A DNA stretch of 64,000 nt from positions 186,001 to 250,000 of IMG/VR virus record IMGVR_UViG_3300032053_000002. The stretch is one strand, 5' to 3'. The notes beneath the pieces were generated by a model. That model was not told the DNA's origin. It searched no databases and saw nothing but the letters and a program-made list of their open reading frames with translations. Below are positions 37,576 to 49,000 of the stretch, piece by piece. The position numbers and the translations under genes were made by a program. Position 1 is the first letter of the stretch, and each line of letters begins with the position of its first letter.

Positions 37576-39868
37576 CGCGTTTCTCCTCTTGTTTTTGTTT
37601 CAATTTTTCACCAATTCGCGTAATATGGCCCATTATTTCCTTTTGGGCTTTTTGATTGCCTTTATTTGCATTTAGTCGCTCTTCATATTCTCCTTTTAAT
37701 TTTTTGAGAAAATTGACTCTTTGAATTGGATTCCATTTTTCTATATCAAACGTTTTAAATTTTAAAGCGTTCGCCATATATGGGGTTTGATGTACTTCAA
37801 GTACTGGAGCGGCGCCGATTCCTCTTGTTCTAGAAGCTATAGTAAAAATGGGATATTCCTTACCATCTTCATGTTTTACTTTTATTACACCGTCTTTCGC
37901 TCCATCTTTAAAATCAATATAAATACTATCGTTTATATTTTTTATTATCATACCAGAATATTTTTTCTCCTCTTCTGAAGTTTCGGCTTTTTGAAATTGC
38001 TCGTAGATTTCCAAATTCTCGTATAATGCGGTAGTCTTTTTACCGAATAATTCTAATAAAGTTTCCTTACTCAACTCGGCTCCATCCGGGGGTTCTCCAT
38101 ACGCAACAATAAATTGATCCAGTTTATTATTTTGTTCTAGATTAAGAATCTCCTTTATATGAACTTTATTTATAATATTTTTTTTAACATTTGCCGCGAA
38201 TTTCGGATTCTCTTCAAAAACTTTTAATAGTCTAGAAGTAAGTCTATTATCAGCTAAATTTATATCGTCATATAAATTTGGATGTTTTTCGTAAATAGGG
38301 GAACCGCGACCAATGATTCTTGATACAGATTTTATTTCATCCGCAGTCAATTTTTCTCCGAAACTATATTTTTTAACTAACGAATTAAAATTAGATAGTA
38401 TCCCTAAATATTTAGGATAATTACTACCAAATACAGATTTAGATAATTCAGAATTAGATTTAAATTTTTTCAATGAGGATTGTAAGTCTTCTTTCATTTC
38501 TTTATTCAAAGTACTGACCGCCCTTCCTAACTTCTCATCTCTGTCGGCATAATAAGTTTTTACTCCGGCCATATTGGAAATTTTTTGTTTTTCGGAGTCG
38601 CTCATGCCTTCTGTCAGATCAGACAATGCCAGTTCATATCCAAGATTTACCAAAAATACGTCGCCGTTTTTCTTTAATGATATACCGATTCTCGACATCC
38701 CCTTTTTTGTTTTCACTGTAATAAACATATCAGAAGGAGTTTCGTGTCCTTCAACTCCAACCAACTTTCTTCCGGATGGAGTATCCCACGCAACTTCACC
38801 TATATTTTCTATTCCATATTTTTTTACTATGAGTTTTGTAGTGCTAATCGCTCCATTAACCCACGATTCGTCTAAATAAGTGTTTTTTCCACCCATTTTT
38901 TTCTTACTCGCGATTTTCATTAAAGCATCTTCTATATCTTCAATAGATTTTCCTTCTTTTAATTGCCGGATAGCATAATGTACACTGGCCTCTCCCGCTC
39001 TAGATTCGGGCGTACCTAATCCGCGACTTAATAATTTTCCACTTTTTCTTAATTTTTCTTCTTCATTATATTGATCTTCAGTAAATGTTAAAGCTTTATC
39101 CGTTTCATCATGATCGATTTTCCTTAATCTTTCTTTTTGTTTATCATCCAATTTTTCAGGAGTCGTTGGTTCTTTTTCTGGGGGTTCTTCCGGTTTATCC
39201 TCCTTAGATGCTACATACTTTCCCGCTTTTGCCTTTTCAACATCTTCCGGATTCGCGTCCTTTTTTATTAATGCTTGCCCTTTTTTTGGATCGTATTGTT
39301 GCACCGGATAAACATTTCCACTTTTTTTCTTTTTTACTAAATCTTCTTCGCCGACCAACTTTTTCGAATTTTTTTGCCACTCTTTTAAATCATCATATTT
39401 AACAAACAATCCTTTTTGTATTTCAACAACTATATCATTTGTAGGCAACCTCTTTATATTTTCAGCAATAGTTAATAAAGACAAATCTTCTACAGAAATC
39501 AGGTTTTCGGTTTTTTCTAATCTGTTATTATCGTAAAAATATGATGGCATAGTATTTTCTGAAACATCTTCTTTTTCGTCGCCTTCGATTTTTTCTGGCG
39601 ACTCTTCTTCTTTTGGTTCTGGTTCTTCAGGCACTAATATTTTACGAACTACCAAACTTTCTGGTTCGTCAATACCTTCTCCTTTTTCAGATATTGCTAT
39701 CAATCGTTCTATGATTATATCTGAAGGTATGTTTGATTTTTTTAAAATATCTTTTAATACAATAAGATGCGACATATTAAAAATATCCGGCATACCATCG
39801 TGCACTTTGTATGCCCATTCTTCTAATAGTTCATCTATAAAATTTTCACTGTTTATATCAAGTAGCAT
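37568..39868 (-). CDS. Large protein with a possible PD-(D/E)xK-like nuclease domain
   Basis: SRAGE...PSDMFI...IGISLKK; preceded by TATTTATA. Confidence 0.5.
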   Translation of the reverse strand: MLLDINSENFIDELLEEWAYKVHDGMPDIFNMSHLIVLKDILKKSNIPSDIIIERLIAISEKGEGIDEPESLVVRKILVPEEPEPKEEESPEKIEGDEKEDVSENTMPSYFYDNNRLEKTENLISVEDLSLLTIAENIKRLPTNDIVVEIQKGLFVKYDDLKEWQKNSKKLVGEEDLVKKKKSGNVYPVQQYDPKKGQALIKKDANPEDVEKAKAGKYVASKEDKPEEPPEKEPTTPEKLDDKQKERLRKIDHDETDKALTFTEDQYNEEEKLRKSGKLLSRGLGTPESRAGEASVHYAIRQLKEGKSIEDIEDALMKIASKKKMGGKNTYLDESWVNGAISTTKLIVKKYGIENIGEVAWDTPSGRKLVGVEGHETPSDMFITVKTKKGMSRIGISLKKNGDVFLVNLGYELALSDLTEGMSDSEKQKISNMAGVKTYYADRDEKLGRAVSTLNKEMKEDLQSSLKKFKSNSELSKSVFGSNYPKYLGILSNFNSLVKKYSFGEKLTADEIKSVSRIIGRGSPIYEKHPNLYDDINLADNRLTSRLLKVFEENPKFAANVKKNIINKVHIKEILNLEQNNKLDQFIVAYGEPPDGAELSKETLLELFGKKTTALYENLEIYEQFQKAETSEEEKKYSGMIIKNINDSIYIDFKDGAKDGVIKVKHEDGKEYPIFTIASRTRGIGAAPVLEVHQTPYMANALKFKTFDIEKWNPIQRVNFLKKLKGEYEERLNANKGNQKAQKEIMGHITRIGEKLKQKQEEKRDG

Positions 39869-39907
39869 CTATTTTCTCCAAAAAATGTTTTCATATCTAT
39901 AAATATG

Positions 39908-41251
39908 TCATAATTCAAATATATTATTTAAAATTTTCATATCGCCATAGTTTTTTCCCTTAAATACCTTGAAAGGAAACACTTTAATAATATCATTTAT
40001 TTTCGCAATTGCGTCTTCCCCATCTTCAATTGAATGGTCGAACAGAAACGAATCGTATGTATATAACAGCAATTTAGTTTTATATGGCTTTAAAACTTCT
40101 ATTATTCTTTCAATCATCGCGAAATTCGCTTCCGTTTCGATAAGTTGTAAAAAATAATTAAATACTTTTGTCGCATTTGGCGACCCGATTTTATCCAAGA
40201 AGATTTTTCTTTTTGTCAATGGCGACTCGTAATATCCAACCTTATTAACCTCTTTCCACATTTCATATACATATTTATTAACTTCGGCAAAAAATGGTAT
40301 CGCCTCTCGTATGTCTCGTGGAATCCCGCCGTATAAATACTTAAAATTCAACTTCTTCGCTTCTTCATATTCCCAATCGTCAAGAGTTTCTTTCCCGAAG
40401 TAATATTTTCCCAAATATGAATGAAGGTTTTTTTCGGCAAATTTAAATTTTATTATTCTGGAAATTAAGTGTAAATGGAAGGAATCAAAATCAATCATAA
40501 AAAATTGGTCGTTTTGTGGAATGAAAGCGGAGCGGGAGCCATCTTTCTTATTTACTGCGGCGAAATTAATATTTCCAAAGGAATTACTCGGTCTACCTGT
40601 TGAAGTATAGAAATTATAATCAGAATATACTTTATTCTCTCTGTTTATAAATCTTGATACTTCTTCTCCATAGTATTTTTGTAATATAGTCGGGTCTACT
40701 TTGATACCGATGCGCTCTATACTGTATACTATCCCCCCGTACTTGGAGTATTTTTTATACTCTTCAAAATCTAAAAAGTTCCCGACAATTTCAATTATTT
40801 TATCGGTATTAAATTGGTCTATTTCAATGTGTTTCATTAAAGGTATTATTTTATTAATGTTAATCATATTATTAAATTTTCGCCGAAAATAAATATGGGC
40901 GGGAGTTTCCAGTTGCCAACTCGGAGTAGTGTTATTTTGAAGATAATAATACATAGTTGCGTCTTCTATGATATCTGAATTAAAATATGGTAAGAGATGT
41001 TTTTTGTTTATCGTCCACATTTTTCTCGGGCAAAGTTCGTTTATTATATTTCTCGGAAGAGATTTCGCTTCTTCGTGCCCGAAAGGTAATACGAAAAAAT
41101 TCTTGTTTTCGAGATTGGTTATACCCAACATTAAAAGTTCAGATTGACTATAATGTTGGACTGAGTCGGAAAATGTAGGCAAAACGACAACTTCTTTGCC
41201 TTCAATCTCTTTACGAAAGTTTTCAAATGTTTCTATATTTTCTATTATCAT
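39908..41251 (-). CDS. Compact family A DNA polymerase-like protein
   Basis: TSTGRPS, IDFDSFHL (motif A), AKKLNFKYLYG (motif B), YTYDSFLF (motif C). Confidence 0.8.
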   Translation of the reverse strand: MIIENIETFENFRKEIEGKEVVVLPTFSDSVQHYSQSELLMLGITNLENKNFFVLPFGHEEAKSLPRNIINELCPRKMWTINKKHLLPYFNSDIIEDATMYYYLQNNTTPSWQLETPAHIYFRRKFNNMININKIIPLMKHIEIDQFNTDKIIEIVGNFLDFEEYKKYSKYGGIVYSIERIGIKVDPTILQKYYGEEVSRFINRENKVYSDYNFYTSTGRPSNSFGNINFAAVNKKDGSRSAFIPQNDQFFMIDFDSFHLHLISRIIKFKFAEKNLHSYLGKYYFGKETLDDWEYEEAKKLNFKYLYGGIPRDIREAIPFFAEVNKYVYEMWKEVNKVGYYESPLTKRKIFLDKIGSPNATKVFNYFLQLIETEANFAMIERIIEVLKPYKTKLLLYTYDSFLFDHSIEDGEDAIAKINDIIKVFPFKVFKGKNYGDMKILNNIFEL

Positions 41252-41281
41252 ACATAAAACCTTTGGTAAGACATAACCGGT

Positions 41282-41656
41282 TTACTTCCAAAATTCTAAA
41301 CGGTTCCCCAATTTTAAATTTAGACCTGGGAATATGGGTTCTAATGATTTAACTACTCTATCGTTGGAAAGTTCCACATCAGAACGTTCTCCCGAAATTT
41401 TCCAGCGAAGAGATGTCGATAAATACAAGTCCGACAAAGACGATGCGACCACCGATGTAAACATTTTGAATTCTTTTTCTTCGACTTCTATAATAGAAGA
41501 ATCTTTATTAGATTTTAACTTTATAAAATACCGAATAATATATCCTCGCGCATAATCGTTCTGTGTTGGGGCGGGAGTATAATTTCTTGGATATTTATAA
41601 ACCATTCGCCTATTGCCAGTAATTATTTTATATTCTTTATTTATATTCATTGTCAC
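41282..41656 (-). CDS. Hypothetical tail/baseplate-module protein
   Basis: PTQNDYARGYIIRYF..LRWKISG; position in the module. Confidence 0.55.
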   Translation of the reverse strand: MTMNINKEYKIITGNRRMVYKYPRNYTPAPTQNDYARGYIIRYFIKLKSNKDSSIIEVEEKEFKMFTSVVASSLSDLYLSTSLRWKISGERSDVELSNDRVVKSLEPIFPGLNLKLGNRLEFWK

Positions 41657-43677
41657 CCTGCCGTTCCACTGGCCCCCTCATTACTTACATATTTTGTCGG
41701 TCTATAAAATGCTCGTATTTTAGTTGTCCATACGTCACTACTTATTTCGTGTGAAATCCCGGTCGCTTGAAACACCCCCCATTCTTTATATATTTGTGGA
41801 ATATTTTCAACCGTAAATACATTTCCGGGAAGAATCCCGCTTATTCCATCGATAGTAACTTCTATTTCTAACGGATATATTGGCATATGTCTAGTTTCAT
41901 TACCACGCTTATCCCTTCTTAAATATTCTGATAGTGTTTTCTTGCACTCTTCGCTTAAAACTATGTATCCGCCGGGTTTTTTAAGTTTATTACTGTTTGG
42001 AGGAATGGATAATATAAAATCATCGTATTTTACTTTATAGTCCGCTTCTTCCTTGGCTTTAGCTTCTTCGGCCTTTTTTCTTTCCTCGGCCTGCTCTTTA
42101 GTTTCTTCTGGAAGTTTCAAATCTTTTAAAATTCGGTCTTTTACATCTCCATATAAAAGTTTTACGATTACGTCTGAATATGCGCCTAAAACTTGATTGG
42201 GATCGGCTTTATTTCTTCCAAAATATTGAGTCAACGCAATTTGATTAGTCATTTTTGAAGTAAATGATAAATCAGATACAATACTTCTCCCAGAATATCC
42301 ACCAAAAACAAACGGCCGGTCTTTCGAGTATATACTATTTATATTATCTCCAGAAACATAATTTAAATCGATAACATATGAAGTATATCCTACATACGGA
42401 TCTACATATAATTTAAAATTCCATATATCCGCCGCCGCCGAACTTATTTTTTTTAAAATTCGATTTAATCCTTCTTCAAGGGTTTCCGACTCGCTCAATT
42501 CTTTTTTGATCAAATCAATATTAACATAAACATATTTCAGGTATCCTGATTTTGTATTTGGTGCCTGTTTCTCAAAAGACTTGCGATTTGCGGAATCCTC
42601 TTTATACAAAAACATTATATTATCATCCGTCGTATATAAAAGAGGGTCATTACATATTAGTGTTTCCCCACTGTCCATTTTAAAAGTCGGCTCTTCCTTT
42701 TTACCATTTGTTGCCAATGCGCCAAGATGCCCGTTGATTATAACTTTTTCTAAAAATTCCCATGTCACGAATATTAATGGTTTAGATAGGGATGTCGATG
42801 GATATACAACTCCCGGTAACGATGAAAACGAATAGCTACTAACCACTTCATTCGCAATAAAAATAGAACCCGGTTCAGGGTTTCCATCTTTTCCGGTGCA
42901 GCGTTTAATTTGAGACCGAAGACCTTCTTCTGAAAAAGTAGTATCTAGATATTCTTTAATAGTCACCGTTTTTTTATTCTTTTGTGCTTCATCAGTTCCC
43001 ATCACATTACTTTCAATCTGTATATTAAGCGCTAACATTGTCTCGCCAAGAGTGGTTAGTTCTGTCATACAACTAAAAGAACCGTCATCGTTTTGATTCC
43101 AAGAGAAATTTGTTATCAATCCAATATAAAAATCCTGATTACCATTTGATGCTAATATTATATCATCGTATATTTTTCGCGGACTAAAATAATAGTCGTG
43201 TAATTTGCCAGTATTTTCTACTGATGTTTGGATCGGGGTTTCCGCAATGTCTGCCCATCCCCACTCCACTATTACAGAAATTCCCGGGGATAACCAATAT
43301 TTCATGAGTTCGTCCAAATCTTCCGCACTGGGGCAAAACCAGTTTATTGTTACTTTTCTTAAAGAACCATATTCTCCTTTACTTTCAACTGATATATTTT
43401 CTATACCTGGAATTGGACGATCTTGTATTTTTCTCCCCGGTCGCCTATATACCGGTTCAAATCCACTGGCAATCTTTCCCGATTTTGTCAATAGCCCGCC
43501 GACCATTACATTCTTAGAAGAGTCAAACCCGGTTGGTGGAATACCATTTGATATGGCTCTTACCCATATCGATTTTGGCTTATTAGAAGAACCGAATGAA
43601 CGAGATTTTCTACTGTCTAGTTCTTTTATTATTTTTTCATCTATATTAGAAAGACGTGGGAAACTTTGAATAGCCAT
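41653..43677 (-). CDS. Baseplate hub-like protein
   Basis: Position; IVEWGW, GLITNFSW, TIDGISGI..F..GVFQ. Confidence 0.6.
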   Translation of the reverse strand: MAIQSFPRLSNIDEKIIKELDSRKSRSFGSSNKPKSIWVRAISNGIPPTGFDSSKNVMVGGLLTKSGKIASGFEPVYRRPGRKIQDRPIPGIENISVESKGEYGSLRKVTINWFCPSAEDLDELMKYWLSPGISVIVEWGWADIAETPIQTSVENTGKLHDYYFSPRKIYDDIILASNGNQDFYIGLITNFSWNQNDDGSFSCMTELTTLGETMLALNIQIESNVMGTDEAQKNKKTVTIKEYLDTTFSEEGLRSQIKRCTGKDGNPEPGSIFIANEVVSSYSFSSLPGVVYPSTSLSKPLIFVTWEFLEKVIINGHLGALATNGKKEEPTFKMDSGETLICNDPLLYTTDDNIMFLYKEDSANRKSFEKQAPNTKSGYLKYVYVNIDLIKKELSESETLEEGLNRILKKISSAAADIWNFKLYVDPYVGYTSYVIDLNYVSGDNINSIYSKDRPFVFGGYSGRSIVSDLSFTSKMTNQIALTQYFGRNKADPNQVLGAYSDVIVKLLYGDVKDRILKDLKLPEETKEQAEERKKAEEAKAKEEADYKVKYDDFILSIPPNSNKLKKPGGYIVLSEECKKTLSEYLRRDKRGNETRHMPIYPLEIEVTIDGISGILPGNVFTVENIPQIYKEWGVFQATGISHEISSDVWTTKIRAFYRPTKYVSNEGASGTAG

Positions 43678-43678
43678 T

Positions 43679-43990
43679 TTATCTAGCCTTATTTACGGTA
43701 TCTAAATCGGAAAAAATCTTGCCCAAATTTTGCGGAATTCTTAATTGAGTTCCTGGGTCTATATTCAGCGTTCCTTTTCCAATGTGGTTTGCCTGAGCAA
43801 TAATCCACCACAGAGTTACATCTCCGTAATAACGATACGCTAATAAATCCAGTCTATCCCCAACATTTGAATAAATATAAATATCATTTTCATCGTCTTC
43901 TATTTTTGGATAAATTGTGGAACTAATTTTACGAAACCCGGAATCTGTATCATTTGCAACAATCGAACTTCTATATCTATCACTGGACAT
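43679..43990 (-). CDS. LysM-like baseplate/tail protein
   Basis: GDRLDLLAYRYYGDVTLWWIIAQAN..PGTQLRIP. Confidence 0.8.
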   Translation of the reverse strand: MSSDRYRSSIVANDTDSGFRKISSTIYPKIEDDENDIYIYSNVGDRLDLLAYRYYGDVTLWWIIAQANHIGKGTLNIDPGTQLRIPQNLGKIFSDLDTVNKAR

Positions 43991-44008
43991 ATATTATCTC
44001 CGAAAAAA

Positions 44009-46072
44009 TTATACTTTCTTTGTTTTCCAATTTTTAATTGCTGAATAAAATGGACTTGTGGAACTAATGGGTGAATTATCCAATCCGAATATCGTGAATC
44101 CACTAATTGTTACTTCGATAAATCTAGGTAATTTGGCTATATCAATTTCTTTTCCACTACTGTCTTTATTAGGCGTGGAGTCGCGAACCTCCCACGTCGC
44201 TTCATCAGGAATACTAATAGTTATTCCACCGTTTAATATTCCAGGAACATTCGCAAATAAGTCGCCAATGGTTAATTTGACGAACGGGGCTTCCATATAT
44301 TTACCTTCATTATCTGATAAATCTCTATATTTTGGATAGCACAATCCTATTAAGTAATTTACTTTTTCCCATACCGGTCGGACTTCTATTTCAGAATGAA
44401 CAGATACCTTAAAACCGAAATTAACAACACGAGTCGCACCTTTATAGATATAAACATTATCCGCTCTGCCAATATATTTTCTGGAATTCCAATCTGGGGT
44501 AATTGAGTCGGTTAATCCAGTCAAAGCGGCTCTAAATATAATCCACTTGGCATTATTCACATGATAAAACTTAAACGGGATTAAATCAGTTACTCCAGAA
44601 GGATAATCTTCGCCGTATGGAATGGTGTTTATCTTATCAGCGAGCCGAGTTTCTTTTATGGCTGCCCCGGGATTGGCGAACCCGTAATCCACGTAAATAG
44701 TTTTTGTTTTATTTTTTTGTAATTCTTTCGTGTAAGGTAATTTTTGGTCTGAACCTAAATCCACTATATTTGCGCCTCCGGCGGCATCCGCCCCTCTCTT
44801 CAAAACAATGTCTCCGTAACTCTGCAAATATCTTTTATTTAGTTTCGCGTTATCTTGCGGATTGCGAAGAATCCTATTATCTGGAATAGTAGTATTACCC
44901 AATTTACGCGCAAGTTCTTCTCTAGATTGGAACGTCCCAGTAGTTGGTTTTCCCTTATCGATAGTTTGTATTTTTTTAATCCCTTCCAGCATTGCGGCGA
45001 GAGGAGATTCAGAATTTAAAATATCATATGTCGCAATAACGCGACCTTCTTTATTTAACATTCTAATAAACTTCGGAAGATTGGTATTATCAACATATCC
45101 GTAAGTTGGATTATATCTATTGAATATTTTTATTTCTGTCGCCTTCGTTCCCATTATACCGTAACCGAGAAGTTTTAAGAGCACGTCTGAATACGGAATA
45201 GCTTTTAATAAGTTGGATAAAAATCCCGCCCCTGCTTCCTGGTTCATAGTAATCTGCGCGTCTATGATCGGATTATATCCGGTAGACATAGTAAACCTAA
45301 ACGCCTGAGTCGCCAATCCGATATTTTTTTTCATTTCTTCGCGAGGACTTAATCTACTGGTTAAAGGTAGACCCGCCCCATCCGCCCCGATAGGATATAA
45401 ATACTTATTCGGATTCAAATTAAAATAAGTCTGAGGCATAGTCATTATATCCCGACCAACATTTGCGTAATCTAACCCGGGATATTCGTCGCCTTTTCCA
45501 ATGGAAACCTGCGGAGACTGATGTATATTTCGGCTTTTATATTCTGAAGAAAATACGGCCTGAGTATAAGTTTCAGGAACAGCACCTTTTATGAAACTAG
45601 TATCCAGCCCGAACAAAGAAGAGAGAGACATATGCCTTCTTTCATGATAACCAAACACTGGAAGTGTATTGCTAAATAGTGATAATGGATTCCATATCTT
45701 TGTTTCTATCGTCGGGTTAAACGTTTGTATCATTGTTTGATTAAAAATCATTTGTAAACCTTTTGGACTAACTAAATAATTCGCCAATCTTTTCGCGCTA
45801 GTAAGTGCATAACTTGTTTTATCGGAAAATCGTTCTTTCCCAGATGTTTCACTCGGAAGAGTCGAAAAAATCGTATCTCCCGCCAGAGCAGAGCGAACCG
45901 GTCTCGGCGCACTTTGATAAGATTGTTCCGCCATTTTTAAGGAATTGGTTTCATTCATAGCCGGTGGCATATTTTGCACAGGTTTATCCAGCGTTGCGGT
46001 TTTCGGGGTCGGCATTGCCGAACCCAGATTCCTAAAAATCGACCGTTCATATAGTCCTAAAATCGTTGCCAT
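44009..46072 (-). CDS. Baseplate/tail-tube initiator-like protein
   Basis: C-terminal IPFKF..FRAALTGLTD..W..YIGR..YIY..R..F. Confidence 0.62.
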   Translation of the reverse strand: MATILGLYERSIFRNLGSAMPTPKTATLDKPVQNMPPAMNETNSLKMAEQSYQSAPRPVRSALAGDTIFSTLPSETSGKERFSDKTSYALTSAKRLANYLVSPKGLQMIFNQTMIQTFNPTIETKIWNPLSLFSNTLPVFGYHERRHMSLSSLFGLDTSFIKGAVPETYTQAVFSSEYKSRNIHQSPQVSIGKGDEYPGLDYANVGRDIMTMPQTYFNLNPNKYLYPIGADGAGLPLTSRLSPREEMKKNIGLATQAFRFTMSTGYNPIIDAQITMNQEAGAGFLSNLLKAIPYSDVLLKLLGYGIMGTKATEIKIFNRYNPTYGYVDNTNLPKFIRMLNKEGRVIATYDILNSESPLAAMLEGIKKIQTIDKGKPTTGTFQSREELARKLGNTTIPDNRILRNPQDNAKLNKRYLQSYGDIVLKRGADAAGGANIVDLGSDQKLPYTKELQKNKTKTIYVDYGFANPGAAIKETRLADKINTIPYGEDYPSGVTDLIPFKFYHVNNAKWIIFRAALTGLTDSITPDWNSRKYIGRADNVYIYKGATRVVNFGFKVSVHSEIEVRPVWEKVNYLIGLCYPKYRDLSDNEGKYMEAPFVKLTIGDLFANVPGILNGGITISIPDEATWEVRDSTPNKDSSGKEIDIAKLPRFIEVTISGFTIFGLDNSPISSTSPFYSAIKNWKTKKV

Positions 46073-46090
46073 TCATTTTCTCTCTGTTAT

Positions 46091-49000
46091 TTATTTACGG
46101 GCAGTTTTTGCTAAAAATTCTCCTATACGGGCGCCATTGAGCTTTAGCTCTACTCCGTTTTCCAACCGACTTGCAATGTTATCTAATCTATCAACCACTT
46201 CTCCCATATCTATTTCCGTCGAGGCCACTGTTCCAACGGCTTCAGCCGCAGGTGCTACTACGCCCCCAACCACCCCGCCAACTCCACCTGTCGCGATGAT
46301 TTTTACTGCGTTAGCAGTTTCTTGCAATCCCGGTGCTAACGACGCAAGTTTTTCCAACTGCTCAATAAGTCCACCGCCAGGAAGCAAACCGGTTATAAAT
46401 CCACCAACTCCCGCTACAGCATTCGCCGCTGAAAAAGCGACAAGCGCGGACGATAAAGAAAGTATGGCAACAGAAGCGGTCATAAGACTGGTCGCAATCT
46501 CACCCAATTTAGAAAGTGGGTCTATTATTGCGTTTAATCCAGTAGATAAAATTTGAGTGGAGAATCCAAGTGCGGTAAATGCACCCGCTAGTGCAAACAT
46601 AGCAACTATTCCCGCGCCAAATAAAACCGCTCCGACACCGGATGTTATTAATGCGCCCAACGCGAAGACCGCCGCAGTCAATCCAACTAACACAACCGCT
46701 GCTTTAGCTAAATCTCCCCAACCAACGTCAGTAAACTTTTGCATTGCGATTCCTAAAAGAAGCATTGATCCGGCCATTAAACCAATTGCGACCGCTCCAA
46801 TGATAGCCTTTCCAGCAATTTTGGATAACACTTCAACGGCTACTACTAATCCGACTAAAGAAGCACCCGCCTTTGCCATGTCACCAACACCAACCGTCGC
46901 AAACTCTTGCATTGCTTTTGCCAGAATAAATACTGCTCCCGCAATCATAATCAGAGACGCTCCTGCCGCTAACATCTGAGTAGGTTTCATATCCCCAAAA
47001 ATACTGCCAAGTATTCCGCGTTTCCCGCCGACTTTACCCGCCGCCCCTTTACCGCCAAGAAGACTTCCCAATCCAGTTTTTGCTAAACTAAATGTTTTGA
47101 ATATCCCCCACAGCGCTCCAGCAGCTGCTGCTGCGTAAAGAAGTGCCTTTCCTATTCCAGTTATACTAATACCCGCTTCTTTGCTCACAGTAGTAGCTTT
47201 ATCCCAACTACCCGTTAATTTGTCGATCCCTCCCATAACCCAACCAATACCGCTGGCGACCTTACTAAGCGTGGTCATAACCAGATTAAGCAAAGGTAAT
47301 ATGGTTTTGAGAACAACCGTTCCGATATTCGCCAGAGAGTTTTTTAATTGCGTTAACGGCGACAATACACCTTCTACATCGAGCGCTTCGGATAATGATA
47401 GCCCTTCAACTTCAAACGCGCTCATCGCGTGTGTGGCGACTTTATCTAATTCTTTTGATCGAGAAATCATTTTTCCTAATTCAGAAACAGAAACTCCAAT
47501 AGCATCAGCCATTGCTTTTCTTTGTATAACATTCATTCGTTGAAATTCCGCTTCAGAACCGATCACGTTCACTATTTCTTTTTGAAGACCCATCAAGTCG
47601 CCTTCCAATGCGAGTGCGCGAGCCCTATCCAAGTTGACATTTCTTCCAGTCAAAACCATTGCGTTCATTTGTGCTTCGATGGAACTTTCAAAGTCTAATA
47701 ACTTATCCGCAATCCCAGTTACTGTAGCAAGATTCACTCCGAGTTTTCTGGCCGCAACCGCTGCCATGACGATATTCTGGCCCATTCCTTTCGAGTATTT
47801 TGCGGCTTCTTCTGAACTTTCAGCAATATCTCTCATTACCACACCCGGCGCGACACCGCTAGCTTCCGCAAACTTTTTCGTGATTTTAATCATATTTATC
47901 GCCGTTTCGCTAGATCCGGCAGTCATATTCATAAATGAAGCGACAAGTTTAGCGGATTCATCTGCGGACATACCCAATGCGACAGATATAACGGTCGCAT
48001 CTTCTATCAATTTAGTGTTTATCATATCAAGAGAACCAAACTCACCAACCAACGCTTGAGTTTGTTCGAGCGCTTCTTTTTGAGTTATTCCAAATCTTCC
48101 CAGTGTTGACGCGACAGCTGTTGCCTGGTCATTCAAAACAGTAAATTGCGCTCCAGTTATAGCTGTTGCTTTACGAAAATCTTCACCGGCCTGAACCCAA
48201 TCCACAAAAATCTTTCCAATCCAGGTCGCGATTGCTAAGGCAGCAGTAAGCGGGTTAAAAATAAATCCCATTACTGCGCCTTTTACGCGCTCAATTTTAT
48301 TTCGGAGTTCGTCTATTTTATTAGCCTGTTCTTTATATCCTTCCAAGTACGCATCTTGTATTGTTTTTACTTTTTGTAATTGTTTGATGTTTTCATTAAA
48401 TAGTTCACCGGCCTTTTCTTCGGACAGTACTTTTGCTTTTACTTTATCGAGTATCGATACCGAATCATCAAGAATTTCAGAAGACATTTTTTTAAATTGC
48501 TCAGTAATAACGCCTTCTTCGCGATATGTTTTAATCATATCTATGTGTAAATCCCCAATTGTTTCGAATAGGTCTTTATATGATTCTTCGTCTCTAATCT
48601 TTTTTTCTAATTTTTTTACAATATCTTCCTCAACTTTTTTTATTTTTTCGCGGGATCCCTTACTCCGTTCATCAATTTTTTGTTGTTCTTTTTTGGTTTT
48701 AACAAGTTCTCCACTTAATTTGATTCTCTCTTTTGATTTTTTCGATAATTTTTCAGTAATTTTAAGAAGCTCTCCGGAAAGATTTGTTAGTATTTTTTCA
48801 TAGCCACCCTGTTCCTTAATCATGTCCAGCATACTATCACGTCTATCACCAATGTTATCTAGAGCATGAATAAGTATTCCCAAGTTCTTTATTTCTTTTT
48901 CGTAATTCTTTGAAAGATCGCCCTCTTCTTTTACTTTCATAACAGTTGAAAGCAATTCTTTTGCAAACCCAGTAAGTATTTGTAATTTTTTTGCACTTTC

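Noticed and set aside
45945-48803. Several long plus-strand ORFs opposite the tape measure gene, and similar ones opposite nrdJ and the MTase
   Set aside because: Antisense shadows of strongly supported minus-strand genes
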